Shown: piece after piece, positions 14,001-26,000 of the stretch
How positions within the stretch are numbered: the first letter of the stretch is position 1
Layout of the letters: each line of letters starts with the position of its first letter
Source: Eutreptiella sp. 'Long Island Sound 2002'
Lineage: Eukaryota; Protista; Euglenida
NCBI GenBank assembly: GCA_964036045.1
Contig: OZ038378.1
Span: forward strand, 172,794,001 to 172,858,000
Direction of reading: 5' to 3'
DNA length: 64,000 nucleotides
The notes under the pieces: model-generated
What the model was told of the DNA's origin: nothing
The model's database searches: none
What the model saw: only the letters and a program-made list of their open reading frames with translations
Made by a program: the position numbers and the translations under genes

Positions 14001-17000
14001 CGTGCTCCCCCACAACTGACCTCCATCAACAAGCTCCATGCACAAGATGCGTCATGCAGTGCGCCTGATCTCGTGCCCCGCCGCGTTGTACTGTCCGCCA
14101 ACCCAATGGCGTTCTGCCCCGCGGGTGCACCTCCCATTTTCAAGCCAACGCAAGTGCTTCAGCATTGCGACCGTTTCACCAAAACGAGCCTCCCCCCCCC
14201 TCCCCCACACCAACAAATACACTGTGGATTTGCATGGAGCACTTAGACGAGCGAGTTTTGTGTATTCCCGTGTATTGGGGCTTGTGGTCGCTGGGGATTC
14301 AGTGACTTACTGTTCAAGAATTTTCCATTGAAAAGAATTCAGTTAAAGGATGGGGACGCACTTTAGGGGCAGAACACCGTTGTGGCCGTGGATACTGTTG
14401 TGCGACCCCCGGTCTTCCCCGTTGTTCGTTGCCCCGTTGGCCTCTCAGGACTTGTCGCAATGGCTCGATGAGGTCGGGCCACTGCCGCTGGGGATCCGCG
14501 GGATTGTGGACTACGAGACGCTGCACATGTGGGTCCCCGTGCCCGTGGAGCCGCTGCAGCGCCGCAACACGTACTGCGTGAAGCAGTTCAAGTGCGACGG
14601 CCCGCAGTCGGCCCTGAGCCAAGTCGCACAGGCGGCGGCGGACGGGAACGTGTTCCTGGACTTCGGCGAGGACCTCGTGGCCACGTACATCGAGATCACG
14701 CCGGTGGAGGATGCGGCGGAGACCGTCCCCGACACGGCGGACACCCTGGCCTCGCCGGAGCATGCGCTATGGACGCAGGTCCGGGACGCGCCGTCGGTGG
14801 GGGTTGGGTGACCCGGAGGCTGGGGCATGCAGGACCCGCCCGGGGGGTCCAAAAGGGACATATTGCAGCCTTTGTTGGGGGTGTTCAAACCCCACACTAG
14901 CCCCGCCTGCAGAGATGGACCTAATTTTCGCGCCACTCGGGGGGTGGGGGAGGGGCGGGGGGTAGTGAATCGTGACACGTCACGAGATAGAGAAAGTGCC
15001 ATAGTGGGAAACCGTTGGTTCCGAAAATATTGTGACGTCCAAAGGGCTTCGCGGTACTTTTTTGGGACGGATATCGTGACGCTCTGTCACAATATGTGGG
15101 GGGGTGGGGAGGGGGAAGGGGGACCCACACACCCCAGTTATATCCATTCCTGCCCCGCATTCTTTTCTTTCTGGGGAGCGGCACCCAATTTGGCGGGAGG
15201 GTGTTGAGTGTTGAGTTTCCAGACTTCCCATCAGCGTCCGGCAAGACAACCGGGTTTCGCTGGGATTCAGCCCCCCCCCCCCCCCAAGGAGCCCCCTTGA
15301 GACAGGATCTCCCTCCTCAAGGGGAAGGAGGGGGCAGGGAGAGACGAACCCACTCCCACTCCCCGTCCCCCGCCCCCTCCTCTACCCCCTCCCTACAGCA
15401 ACACGCACCCCCGCCACCCAATGCCCCCCGAGGGCAGAAAGAATGGAGAGGGCGGGGAAGAAACAGGGCAGGGGGAAAGGGACGAACCAAGGAGGGTAAC
15501 AGGACAGGGCAGACCGCGCTCGCCGAAAACGGTGCAGAGCGCAGAAGGAGAACAAGGAAAGGAAAAACGGGAAAGAATCATTGTGGTTGTTAGAAGCCCC
15601 TGTCAGGAAAATTATCCTGCAGATGCACACCCCAGCGCGCTCAAGTCAGTGCTGGAGTCGGCAAACCCCGCATGGACTTGGAGTGTGCATCTGGATGCAC
15701 CTGGTCAACGGCACGGGCAACAGCCCGTCTCCGGGACAGCCAACCCTGCAGTAGTCAAACAGGACAAGTCATCCAGGGGCTCCGTTGACACAACCAAAAC
15801 ACGTTCGGGCCCACAGAGGGTCAGAATGAGCAGTGGCGAGAGGCCAATAGGCGCCGCCAAAGGCAAACAATCAGATACCGAGGCCTTGTGCCAACCCCCC
15901 CCCCCCCCCCACGCACACATGCCACTCGCAATACCAGCCCCTGTCACATTCAGAACTGAGTCGGAACCTGCTGCATCCGATGCACGGCTCAGCACGGCAC
16001 AGTCGTGCCGACCCCCGTCCGGTGTGGCGGACGGTATGTCTCGTTTCCACACGACTGCGCACCAAAACGGTTGGCCCAACCCCCAAAACGCCCTCAGCAA
16101 TACGCAGATCGGTGTCTGCAAAGCACGTTCCCGCCGCCGCCGCCGAGGCCTTCGCTTGCTGCCTGCCGCCCTGCTCCCTTGCCCGCAGGTCGCCGACGCG
16201 ATAAGCCCCGCTGCAGAGGCGCAGCCCCCCCCCGCCGGCCCATCGGCCCCCGCATCGGGTGCGGCACTCGACGCGGTGGAGGCCGAGCTGTGGACGAGGA
16301 TGGCAGCCACGCAGGATCTGCCCCCTGCGCCGCCGCCGCAGCCGGAGGGCGCCGCCCAAGTGCCCGCCGGGAATGTGGCGCCGACGCCGCCTGAGCGGAG
16401 GAGCCCTCCTCGAGTACCGAAATGGAGCAACGGCACCGTCCTCCAAGACAACGAGGATCACTTTCTGGAGGAGGCCCCCGCTGCCCCGAAGGCGGCCCAC
16501 GAGGTGGCGGCGGCCGTGACGGCTCCTGCTGCTGTTGCTGCCCCCGAGGGGGCCTCAGAGGCTGCGGCCGCGGGTTCTGAGCGGAAAACGGAGGTGGCGG
16601 CTCCAGAGGAGGTCGCGGAGGCTGTGGTTGCTCCTGAGGCTCAGCATCAGGTGCCCCAAGAGCTGCTGCTTCTCAGACAGCTGCTGCAGGAGCAGCCTCC
16701 TGTTGCTGCTGCTCCTGCTGCGCCTGAGGCAGCCCCCCAGGCTGAGGCCGCTGCTGAGAAGGCGATGCAGGCGCCTGTTCCCCCTCCCAAGGCAGCCGCC
16801 CCCGTTGCTGCCGCCGAGGCCGCCGCCCGCCGCAGCAGCCCCAGAGCGGCGCACCTCATGTCGGGCTTAACCTCCGCATTCTCCGACGGGCTGTACGTGC
16901 CCCCGGGCTCGCCCGAGTGGGACATCGACGGCGCGGCGGAGCACCGGATGAAGGTCGCGGGCGGACCGTTGATCCGCAACGCGGGCGCCGGGCGGGACGG

Positions 17001-18757
17001 TGGCCGCGACGCCAAGGTCCCGATGCGCCCCGAGCCTCTGAAGGCCGCGGACGTGCAGCCGCAGGGGTTCTCGCCCTCGGTGGCGCACTCCATATCACAC
17101 TCGTCGCCCAGCATGGACGGCTTCGAGGACCAACTGTTTGCGGAGGTGCGTCTGGCAGGCCCCCTCAACCCTCTGCAAACCCCCTAACAGCTCCACCCCC
17201 ACCACCAAATCCAACTCCACCAAATCTTCCACAAATCTCAGCACCCCCGCCACGTGTGCCTGGCCCAACGGGGACTGTGGCCCCCCCAAAGCGCACGCGA
17301 CACGAGGCGGCTGCTGGGCCGGTGGTGTGCATTGCAGAAGGAATGGTGGCATGAGACCGGGGTTGGCACCCGACCCCCGGAGGATTGAAACAAACCCCCC
17401 GAACGACGGAAAGCAAGGCTGTCGCGCGAATTTTGCTGCCAACCCCGCACGCCAACTGTGGGGTAGTATGAAGGGTCGTGTGGGCCTCAGCCACCGGGCT
17501 CCTTTTAACAACTCGGCACCACTTGGGGGGGGCACCCCCTTCAAAAGATTGGGCCAAGTTTTCTTCCGTACCTTTTGGTCAATCAAAAAATTTCTCTGGG
17601 GCCTTCGGTGCCAATTAGTTTAGACCAAAAAATTTCTTTCGCGCCTTCGGTGCCTCTACAAACTCAGCACCGCTGGTGGTGGTGGTTTTGGGGGGGGGGG
17701 GGGTGCTGAACACCCCCCCCCTCCCCTAAAAGGAGCCCTGCTCAGCAACCATGTGCTACCCTCCAGGACCCTCAAGACCATCCTTTCGCAGAATTCTTGA
17801 CTCAGATTAGTGTGATCAATGTTCAACAATGTTCACAGGCTTCTTCTTCTCCGCAGCCATGACCCTGACCCTGTCCAACAATGCCATGCATCAGTGGTCC
17901 ACAATCATTTCCAACCCTGGAGATCTCTCCCCGCACCGTCTGCCCAGATGCTTCTCGGATAGACCGGGCCTGGGGGCGACTGTATTGACACCCGACGCTG
18001 TAGACCGGAACGCGTTGTAGATGTCATATGCCGCGTTGCGCATGCGGGTGAGATTGTCAAATACCGTGGCTGTTCAGGCCTCAACGCACTCGCCCGTTGA
18101 ATCGCGCACGCGTCCCTGGCTCCTTGCGCCCTCTAAAGGGGGCGGGTAAATGTGTCAGTCGGTTTGCAGGGCAGTGCTGGCAGAGCAACCAGTTGTTCAA
18201 GGGAACAGTGGCAATTTACAAAGGGTACAAAACCTCCAAACTCCGACACAGACTCCCAACCCTCTAGAACCTTCTGTAACCCTGGCACAATCGCACGTAA
18301 ATTCTGCAACCGTCTTCATCCGGCCACACCCCAATGCCACAACCCATGCTAATCCTCCCTAGCCCAACAAGACCCGCCATGTAATCTTTGTACAAGGTCA
18401 TGGGTGAGTTCGAGAAGTACCGATTGGCGCCCGCTGCGCGACAAGAGTCCACATTCCGCCGCCAGAAGGCGTTGCCCAAGCAGACCGGCCCCACCGCAGT
18501 GGCGGTGGGTAACTCAACCCCCGACACCGGCCCGAAGACCAAGAATTATTTCAAGGCCATGGCCGCGATCAAGATCCCCAAATCGGATATGCACGCATTG
18601 CATAAGATGGATATCGAGCTGCAGGATGCTGCAGGCATCCCAGGCGGAGGCGTGGCCCAGCAGGTGCTCCTGCACTTGTCTTCTGCGCACTCCTATGCCT
18701 CTGCAATGCCTGTGCTCGTGCCTGTGTCTGTGCCTGCATGCGCCTGTGCATATGCCC

Positions 18758-18796
<39 letters not shown>

Positions 18797-21700
18797 GCCG
18801 GCCTCCGTGATTGCTGCTCGCTGCCTTGACTGCTGCCCGTTTGTTACGTATATCGTGTGTGTGTGTGTGTGTGTGTTTGTGTGTGTCTTTATATCTCCGG
18901 TGACTGGACATTTTGCATACCCTTTCAACTCCTTGACAGAACGAAAGACGTCTAGGGCTGCTCTGCAGCTCCTGGGGATTTCTCTCCGACCTGTTTCCTT
19001 GTGCTTTTGTTTGTTCGTTTGTCATTGCGGTTACCAATGTGCGCGCATGTGTGCCGGATTTGTGTTGCTGGATTTGCTCGACGGTGGTGCATGCCACATC
19101 TATGCGTACACCTAATTTGATGGATGTGCTTGTGCCTGTGCCCCTGCCTGCGCCTTTGCCTGTGCCCGTGCCTCTGTTGGTGCTTGTGCTTGTGCTTGTG
19201 CAGTGGATGCAGCAATGGTCAGCGAAAGGCAAGCCCAACGGAGACGGAAAGCTGCACACCGCCATCGCGGCGCACGCGGAGATCTGGGGCCGGGCCAAGC
19301 TTCCCACATTTGATGGGGAGGCGGCGCTGGACCGGGACCAGTTCGGCGCAATGTACGAGCGGCTGTACGGCCGTGCGCTGACGGAGCAGCAGCTGGAGGC
19401 CACGTTTCGGTTGGCAGAGGCCGAGGGGCAGGGCCCGCGCGCTTTCATGGACCTGCTGAAGTATTTGGAGAAGGTGACGGCGCAGCGCAAGGGCGACCTG
19501 GCCCATTTCTAAGTGGAGAGACGAGCGGCGGGGCAAGTCGGCCATGCAATTGCGGGGAGGGGGGGGCGGGCAGGGGGGGCCATTCGAGCCATAGGCCTTG
19601 CCCCGAGGGTTGAAAGGGTAGAGGGCCACTTACCGCTGCTGCCGTTGTGAAGACCGCAGTGGGCGGTGCACCAGCGGCGATTGATGCTGAATCGACGGAT
19701 GATGGTCCACCAGCGGCACTTGGCAGTCGACAGAATGGGTTTTCTTGAGGCTCTGATAATGGAGCACAGCGTTTGCTTTTTGCGAGATCATCTACCACTT
19801 TTATGTGTGGGGGTGTTTTGACCTCATATTTGCCTCAGGGAACGGGCTTTCTGGCATCAGTGGGTGGGGCTCCGTCTTACTGAGTCACACCTCTTGTGTT
19901 GGCTGGGCTCGAGCTGGGGGCTGTCGAGTGGTGGCTGCCCTGTCGTGTCGCAGTTTGCGAGATGCGCACGGGATTTGTTTAGTGTTACACGTTCTTCTTC
20001 GCTTCGCAGGGTTGGGGGCGTTGGGGTTGGGGCAAGGTCGAAAGAGACCAGCAGTGCTTTTCTGTTTGTGCTCCAAGGGCAGTTGTGCATGTAGGAGATG
20101 TGTACTGCCGTGGAGTGGCATTGGAATCCAATTTCCTCTTCTTTTCTTTAACGCGGCCAGCATCCCGGTCATGATTCACGGCCAAACGGACACCAGCACC
20201 CAAACGTCCGCGGGGTCGCCCCCTCTATTCATCTCCGCTTCTTGTTGAAGCGTAGGTGCCTATGCCTTCCATTTTGGTGCCTGACATGGAAAAATGGGGG
20301 TCTTCTAACGTCTTTGTATTGGCAGAGCAGCCTCCTTAGCATGATTGCCGTTGGCTGGGGGTCAACCGCCGGCAGTCGCCGTGCCACATGTCATGGGACA
20401 AAGCGATGTCTCTGTGCTTGTAATTCGTGACGCCCACTTGTACCACAGGCAGCTGGACAACCGAGGGCCATCCCGTTGCTAGTCCGTGCGGGGTAAAGTG
20501 GCGCAGGTTGTCCACCCCTCGCAAGGCAGTCTCTGGTTGACATATGCGCCTCATTGCATGTAGGTAGCCCTGCGACGCACAGACACTGGGTGCCTTTGCC
20601 TGCCCACTCACCGTATGGACAGCACAAGCGGAAACTTGTGGTGAGTTTGATGCGCAGCGCAACAATGTCGACAAACACTAACAAGTGCACCCGAACACTG
20701 CCATTCTCTGGTAGCCTCAAAGCAATGACGCGATTTGGCCTCCCCACCCCCTCTTCTTGTGCTCGTGGGTGGATCAGGCCGTTTGGCTACTGTAACTCCC
20801 CTCGCGTTCCCCTAGTGCCATCATCAGCCGCAAGACAATGATAACATAGTGTCTTGTCAGAAGTCCCCGCACTCTCCTCGGCAGGTTTTTTTTTTTTGTC
20901 TCTTGTCATACCCGTCCACCCATTCCTCAGTCAGTAATGCCGTAGGTGCGCTTGAGCCCAGACCCAAGTAACGCAGGAGCCTCTTCCCTCCAGGGAGCTT
21001 GTCCCTGTCGAGACAATCCTCCAGTGCTAGCACCAGTGTTGAGATTTTTTGTTGAGTACAGTTTGGGGCAGAGAGGACCCTCGGCTGCGGGAGCACCAGG
21101 CCCAATAGGGAGCCACAGGGCAGTGGGTGCACTGTGACAGTACCCGAGTTGCATGCCACAGCCATGGAGCCTCTTGTTCTGTCGGCGTCGAAGGCACCCT
21201 GCCACGTGACCCTCAGGGAAGCAGCGGTGGGACTAAGTGCCCTTCAAGCCCAAGGGCTTTGCTCCTAAATATGCACTCTCTCTCATGCCACAGCCATGAA
21301 ACGAACGCCCCTCTCCACTTGCACAAATACGGCTCTGTCCAAACAGTAGGTGCTGTCTTCGCAGCTTTTCGTGCTTTTCCCCGTTGTTTGCGCAAGGGTG
21401 GCGTTCATTTTGCATGCAAACAATTGTCCCATTGCCATGTCTTGCACCAGTCTTCGCAGCCTTGCCCCATTTCTCTGTGCATCAATGGGCAACTGTGGTG
21501 CAGTGGGGGCGTCAAGCCCGACTTGCTTCAAGTCTTGTAGCCACATCATACAACAGCGTATTTCCTGTCTCAAGGTTGATGCTGGATGCGGCATGTATTT
21601 ACTTAATGTGCGCTCATCATAGCCATGCGACTCCCTCGGCTCCCTTCCCCCTGCTTTCCTGCCTCTCCACCTCCACATCCACGTACACCTCACAGTACTC

Positions 21701-22980
21701 CTCCACAGAGCATTCCATTCTTCACGGTACTCCCTTCCCTTGCACCACGGCTGCAGTGCAGGCCTTGTTTCTGTGTTACCTAAAAGTGGGGAAGGCGCAG
21801 GGCGATCTTCGGGGATGGATGTCCTTTTCCCATTTCTTTTTCTTTTTTTAAATTTTTGAATTTGCATTTTGATAAACGAAGCCTGGTCAGTGCAGACAAC
21901 ACAGCACATGCATTCTCCAGTTGAGACAGACAAAGCAGTGGCACGCCTCACGAAAGGCTGCTGTGTCCACCAAAGGCACAATCATGCAGGCACACTGATG
22001 TGGATGCACGCTTAGTACTTTTGGTATGCAAGGCACTATTTCAGTGAATATCGCTTTGGTTGTCTGTGCCGCTTCTTCTTCGCCGACGCAAGGGCAACTG
22101 CTTTTCCCTGAAAAGGCACAGAGCGTCCCCGCAGAAGCCGTCTCCGACGGTGCGGCACACTGAAGTCGCATGCAGCTGAGCTCCAACCACCTGATGATAT
22201 CCCCTTGGGACTCATGGGGAGGGTCAAGTACCCTGGAACCTAACAAGCCACACTCCCTTCGATCGGCAGAAAAGTCGATTTCCGCATTTGCTGCTTTGTT
22301 GGGGGGTAGAGAGTGGAGGGAGCTTTGCATCACAATGCAGCATCACGAGAGCGTCGTAGCTTTCAGAGAACGCCAGTGAACACGTCTTTTTTTTTCTGAT
22401 GGTAGGGGACTCTGCATCATTTTTTGAACTGAATGCCGTTTCAGATGGGTGCCGTGTGCCCACCGTTTCCATTTTCGCTGTCATTAGCACCTATCCACAT
22501 GCTTCAAACCACGCTGACAGAACACACCTGCAAGGGCAGCCACAGGCACATGCAAGAAAACGCCGACTGTCCTGCCTACTGCCCACTGACCTACTAACTT
22601 CTGATGTCCCTCCATAACATGGTGTGGCACGCCCTGCACATGCATATGCACACTCACATGCACGATAGGTACAGATCCCCCATCATTGTCCCAAGCCAAC
22701 AAATGTACATAGCAACAGAGCAAACTACTTTTTGCATCCTGCTCATTTCATGTATGGATATGGAGATGATTTCATGGCAACACAGTATCCGTTTGTGTGC
22801 CACCGTGTGCGTCGCTGTATGTGCATTATTATATTGGAGGCCCGAAGAATCATTTCTGTCCACCATTGCTGTGTGTGCCATTTATTGTGTGGCTATACCA
22901 TTGCCATGTGTGCACCCACTGTATTTGCCCTCGCTGTTTGTGCCATTGCTGTGTACATTTTTGCTAATATGATTGCCATA

Positions 22981-23019
<39 letters not shown>

Positions 23020-26000
23020 CGAGTCCCCTGGAATCCAAGCTGTACTATTTGCATCAACCTTTTGTGTCTACAACCTCAAGCAAATTGTGATATCATTGGA
23101 TGGTGAAGCAAGACCATGGTCATCTATCTTGGGAGTGCTGTGGGAACATGATTTGGAAATGAGAAGTATTTCAAATTCGTACAGAGAAACAGGGGAACAT
23201 CAAGGATGAATGGCCAACCAACTCATTTTCACCAAGATTCAGAGTACCGGGGGGGGGGGGGGAATTAGGGAGTGATAAAATTGATTTGGACAAAATTCGA
23301 AGCCCTCCCCGTACCAAATTTTTCCTTCAATTTTAAGGATTCTCTGTGCCATGCTGTGTACATCAAACACGGGCTGCAGGGAGGGTTTCCTGTGTGCTGC
23401 ATGCAGTGTGAATGCCTAACATAGAGATGAGACACAGGGAATCGAATGGGAATGGAAATCGAAAAATGGAAATCCAGGAAATAACAGTAACCATCCAGAG
23501 CCCACCCGGAATCCACAATGAACATCCACTAGCAAGCAGCAACAATGGGCCTCGGACCAAATTTTTCCTTCATTTCTTGGAGCAATACCAATTTTTTACC
23601 CCCTTAATTTTGGTCATCCCAAAAAAAACCCTCTTAAAATCCCCCCCCCCCCCCGGTAGGGGGGAGTTGTAAACTGGAAGGGTAGGTTGTGAGGGTGACA
23701 TGGGCGTGGTGCGGCGCGCCCTAACCTAGAGGGTTGTGGGCAAAACGGATGATGTGCATGTGTGTATGGGTGACATGCTTGAAGTCCAGCTTTAGAGGCA
23801 ACCCATGTGTGCACCCAATTGTTGTGGTTCTTGTCCATCTGCTGCTCTAATACCCACATTGCATCCCAATATCCATGGCTTGTGCTGCAACGTGACATGA
23901 AAGGAATTTCCCGTGAAGATTCTTCAGCCCACTAGATAAACATCTTCAAAGACACCTTCCATGATGAAGTGGGGAAAAACTGTGAGAAATGGGGAACATG
24001 AGGCCGGGGAAGTACGCAGGAATGTGGGAGAGTTACATACTAGCTTTTGCAAAGCACGCATTGCGCGGGAAGCGTGCCCCATCAGAGGATAGCTATAATG
24101 AATTAATTTGCATGCATTTGGCGACAGTGGAATGGGCAAAGCGACCACCCTACATATTCTTTATTACCATTACAAAGTACTAGAGCTAATTTGGGTTCCA
24201 ACCTGAATCTTTGCAGTAGCAACTTGTTGGCTAATCACCATAGACAGTTCACTGAAGTGTTCCTTTGTGGTGCCTTGCAGATAAAAGAAGGTGCTGCCTA
24301 GTTGTGAGAATTCGTTGGCATGGTAACCGTAGAGGTAACACATTGCCATAATGACCTTTGGTCCATATGCATGCGTTAGAATATGCCCACCTGCCCTCAA
24401 GGGGTTCTTCATGCTTGTACCTTGGGTTTGGGAACTGCTGGGACGCTTGGGCTTAGTGTTGTAACTGTTGTTGCTGCAACATGGGCTTCTTTGGGAGCTA
24501 TTTTTGTGTGCATCTGGAGGGGGGGGAGGGGAGAGGCTTCTTTGGCAAATTGTGTTCCAAAAGTAGCGTGCAGTGCAGGGACCCCCCTCAAATCTGTCAG
24601 CAAGACTGGATGCCATATTGATGTTGTGCAAGGGTGGGTATGGGTACCCAGCACACTTACGAATATCATCCTAATGGCGGTTGCGGTGTTTAGCACAAAT
24701 TTTTTTTCCAGAAAATTTGCATTGCTGTTGTCATGGGACCTTTGTCATAAGGGCAAAAGGGGGCGTACCGTGCGCTGTGCGCGCGCTGTGCGAAAAGTTG
24801 GCTGTTCTCCACCACCGGGAGTTCGGTAAGTTCAGAAGATTGAAAGGACGTCATTGAATGGCTGCTGCAGTAGACGGGGCTATAGGGGGCAAAATGTGGG
24901 TCCCTGGGACCCATGGCAAGCATTAGATGTTTGAATTTTTGGGTTTTGAATTGATTGTGCATGAATCCGCAGGTGGGTGATTTTCAGGGTTGTTACCTGG
25001 ATAATCACCGTAATAATTGGCGCTGTGCCCGCGCTGTGCGAAAACGCCCCCAAAGCATGGTATTGCACCTCCCCCCCCCCCCCCCCCCGACCCGCCTTTG
25101 CTGTCTGAGAAACTGAGAAAGTCTGGCATGAGGTCAGGGTCATGCTGGTTGCTTCAAAACCTGACAGGAAGCCGGTGATTTCAGCGCGTGCTGGTAGCAG
25201 GTCTCAAACAAACCACATACCAGTGGAGGTTCTCACCAACTTGAGGGGCCAGGTCCAGGGACATGGGCCTTTTGAAGGCCTTGGCCGCCAGACTCAGCAT
25301 GGTCTGTGCTTCTGCGCGCGAGCTGACCCGCTAATCCATGCTGGTGTCCCTCCGTAATTTGGTTCTTCCCGCTGCAAACATACCCCCCCCCCCCCCCCGC
25401 CCCCTGCCACACACGCACAGCCTTGCCCAAGCACGACGTTGTCCAAGCACGGCGACCTTGTCTGACCATTGTGTTTCTGGTGGCAGAGTTTGTGGTCAAG
25501 AATGCACGATGATGGTGTGTGTTTGGGTGACGGCTGATGCCCACCCCTCTCCCTTGAAGAACCAATTGTTTTGCGTTGACGTGGCGTTGTCTAAGCATGG
25601 AATCTTCGTCTAAAAGTCGTTTTTGCTGATTTCGCGCGTTCTTCCACAGCGGGGCAGGGTATACCAGTCCGCAGCTGAAATGGTCCCTCAAAATGGACCT
25701 TTCTACATGCACTCAACATTGCATTGGGCCCTCTGGCGTCATGTTATTTTGCCGCATTTTGTGTTTTGTGTTTTGTGTTTTGTGCCCACCCTTTGACCCC
25801 AACCTTCCCCAACCCAACCAGAATCCTGTTCAAGAGACTCTATGCATTCCCGCCATTTCACAGCCTCAAGCCCCTGTCCGCCAGCCTCCCGGGCCAAGGC
25901 CGCCACCCTGAAATCTACTGCAAGATGCGGCATGGCAGAGGCGGCTCCATTGCCATATCCCTCTACGAGCGCCACTCCGAGGTCACAGTTGTCAGCCGAA

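Noticed and set aside
1517-14763. Minus-strand ORFs at 1517-2092, 3698-4111, 5579-6127, 12886-13497 and 14314-14763
   Set aside because: Antisense shadows of GC3-rich + strand exons; no independent motifs.
15421-16188. N-terminal half of the 588-aa ORF 15421-17187
   Set aside because: Contains an interspersed repeat (15815-15905, near-identical to 55568-55656) and lacks codon bias. A clean phase-0 acceptor at 16188 marks the real exon start.
17830-18080. Minus-strand coding-like stretch (ATVFDNLTRMRNAAYDIY..MALLDRVRVMAAEKKK)
   Set aside because: Interrupted by a stop codon and unidentifiable; at most a transposon relic.
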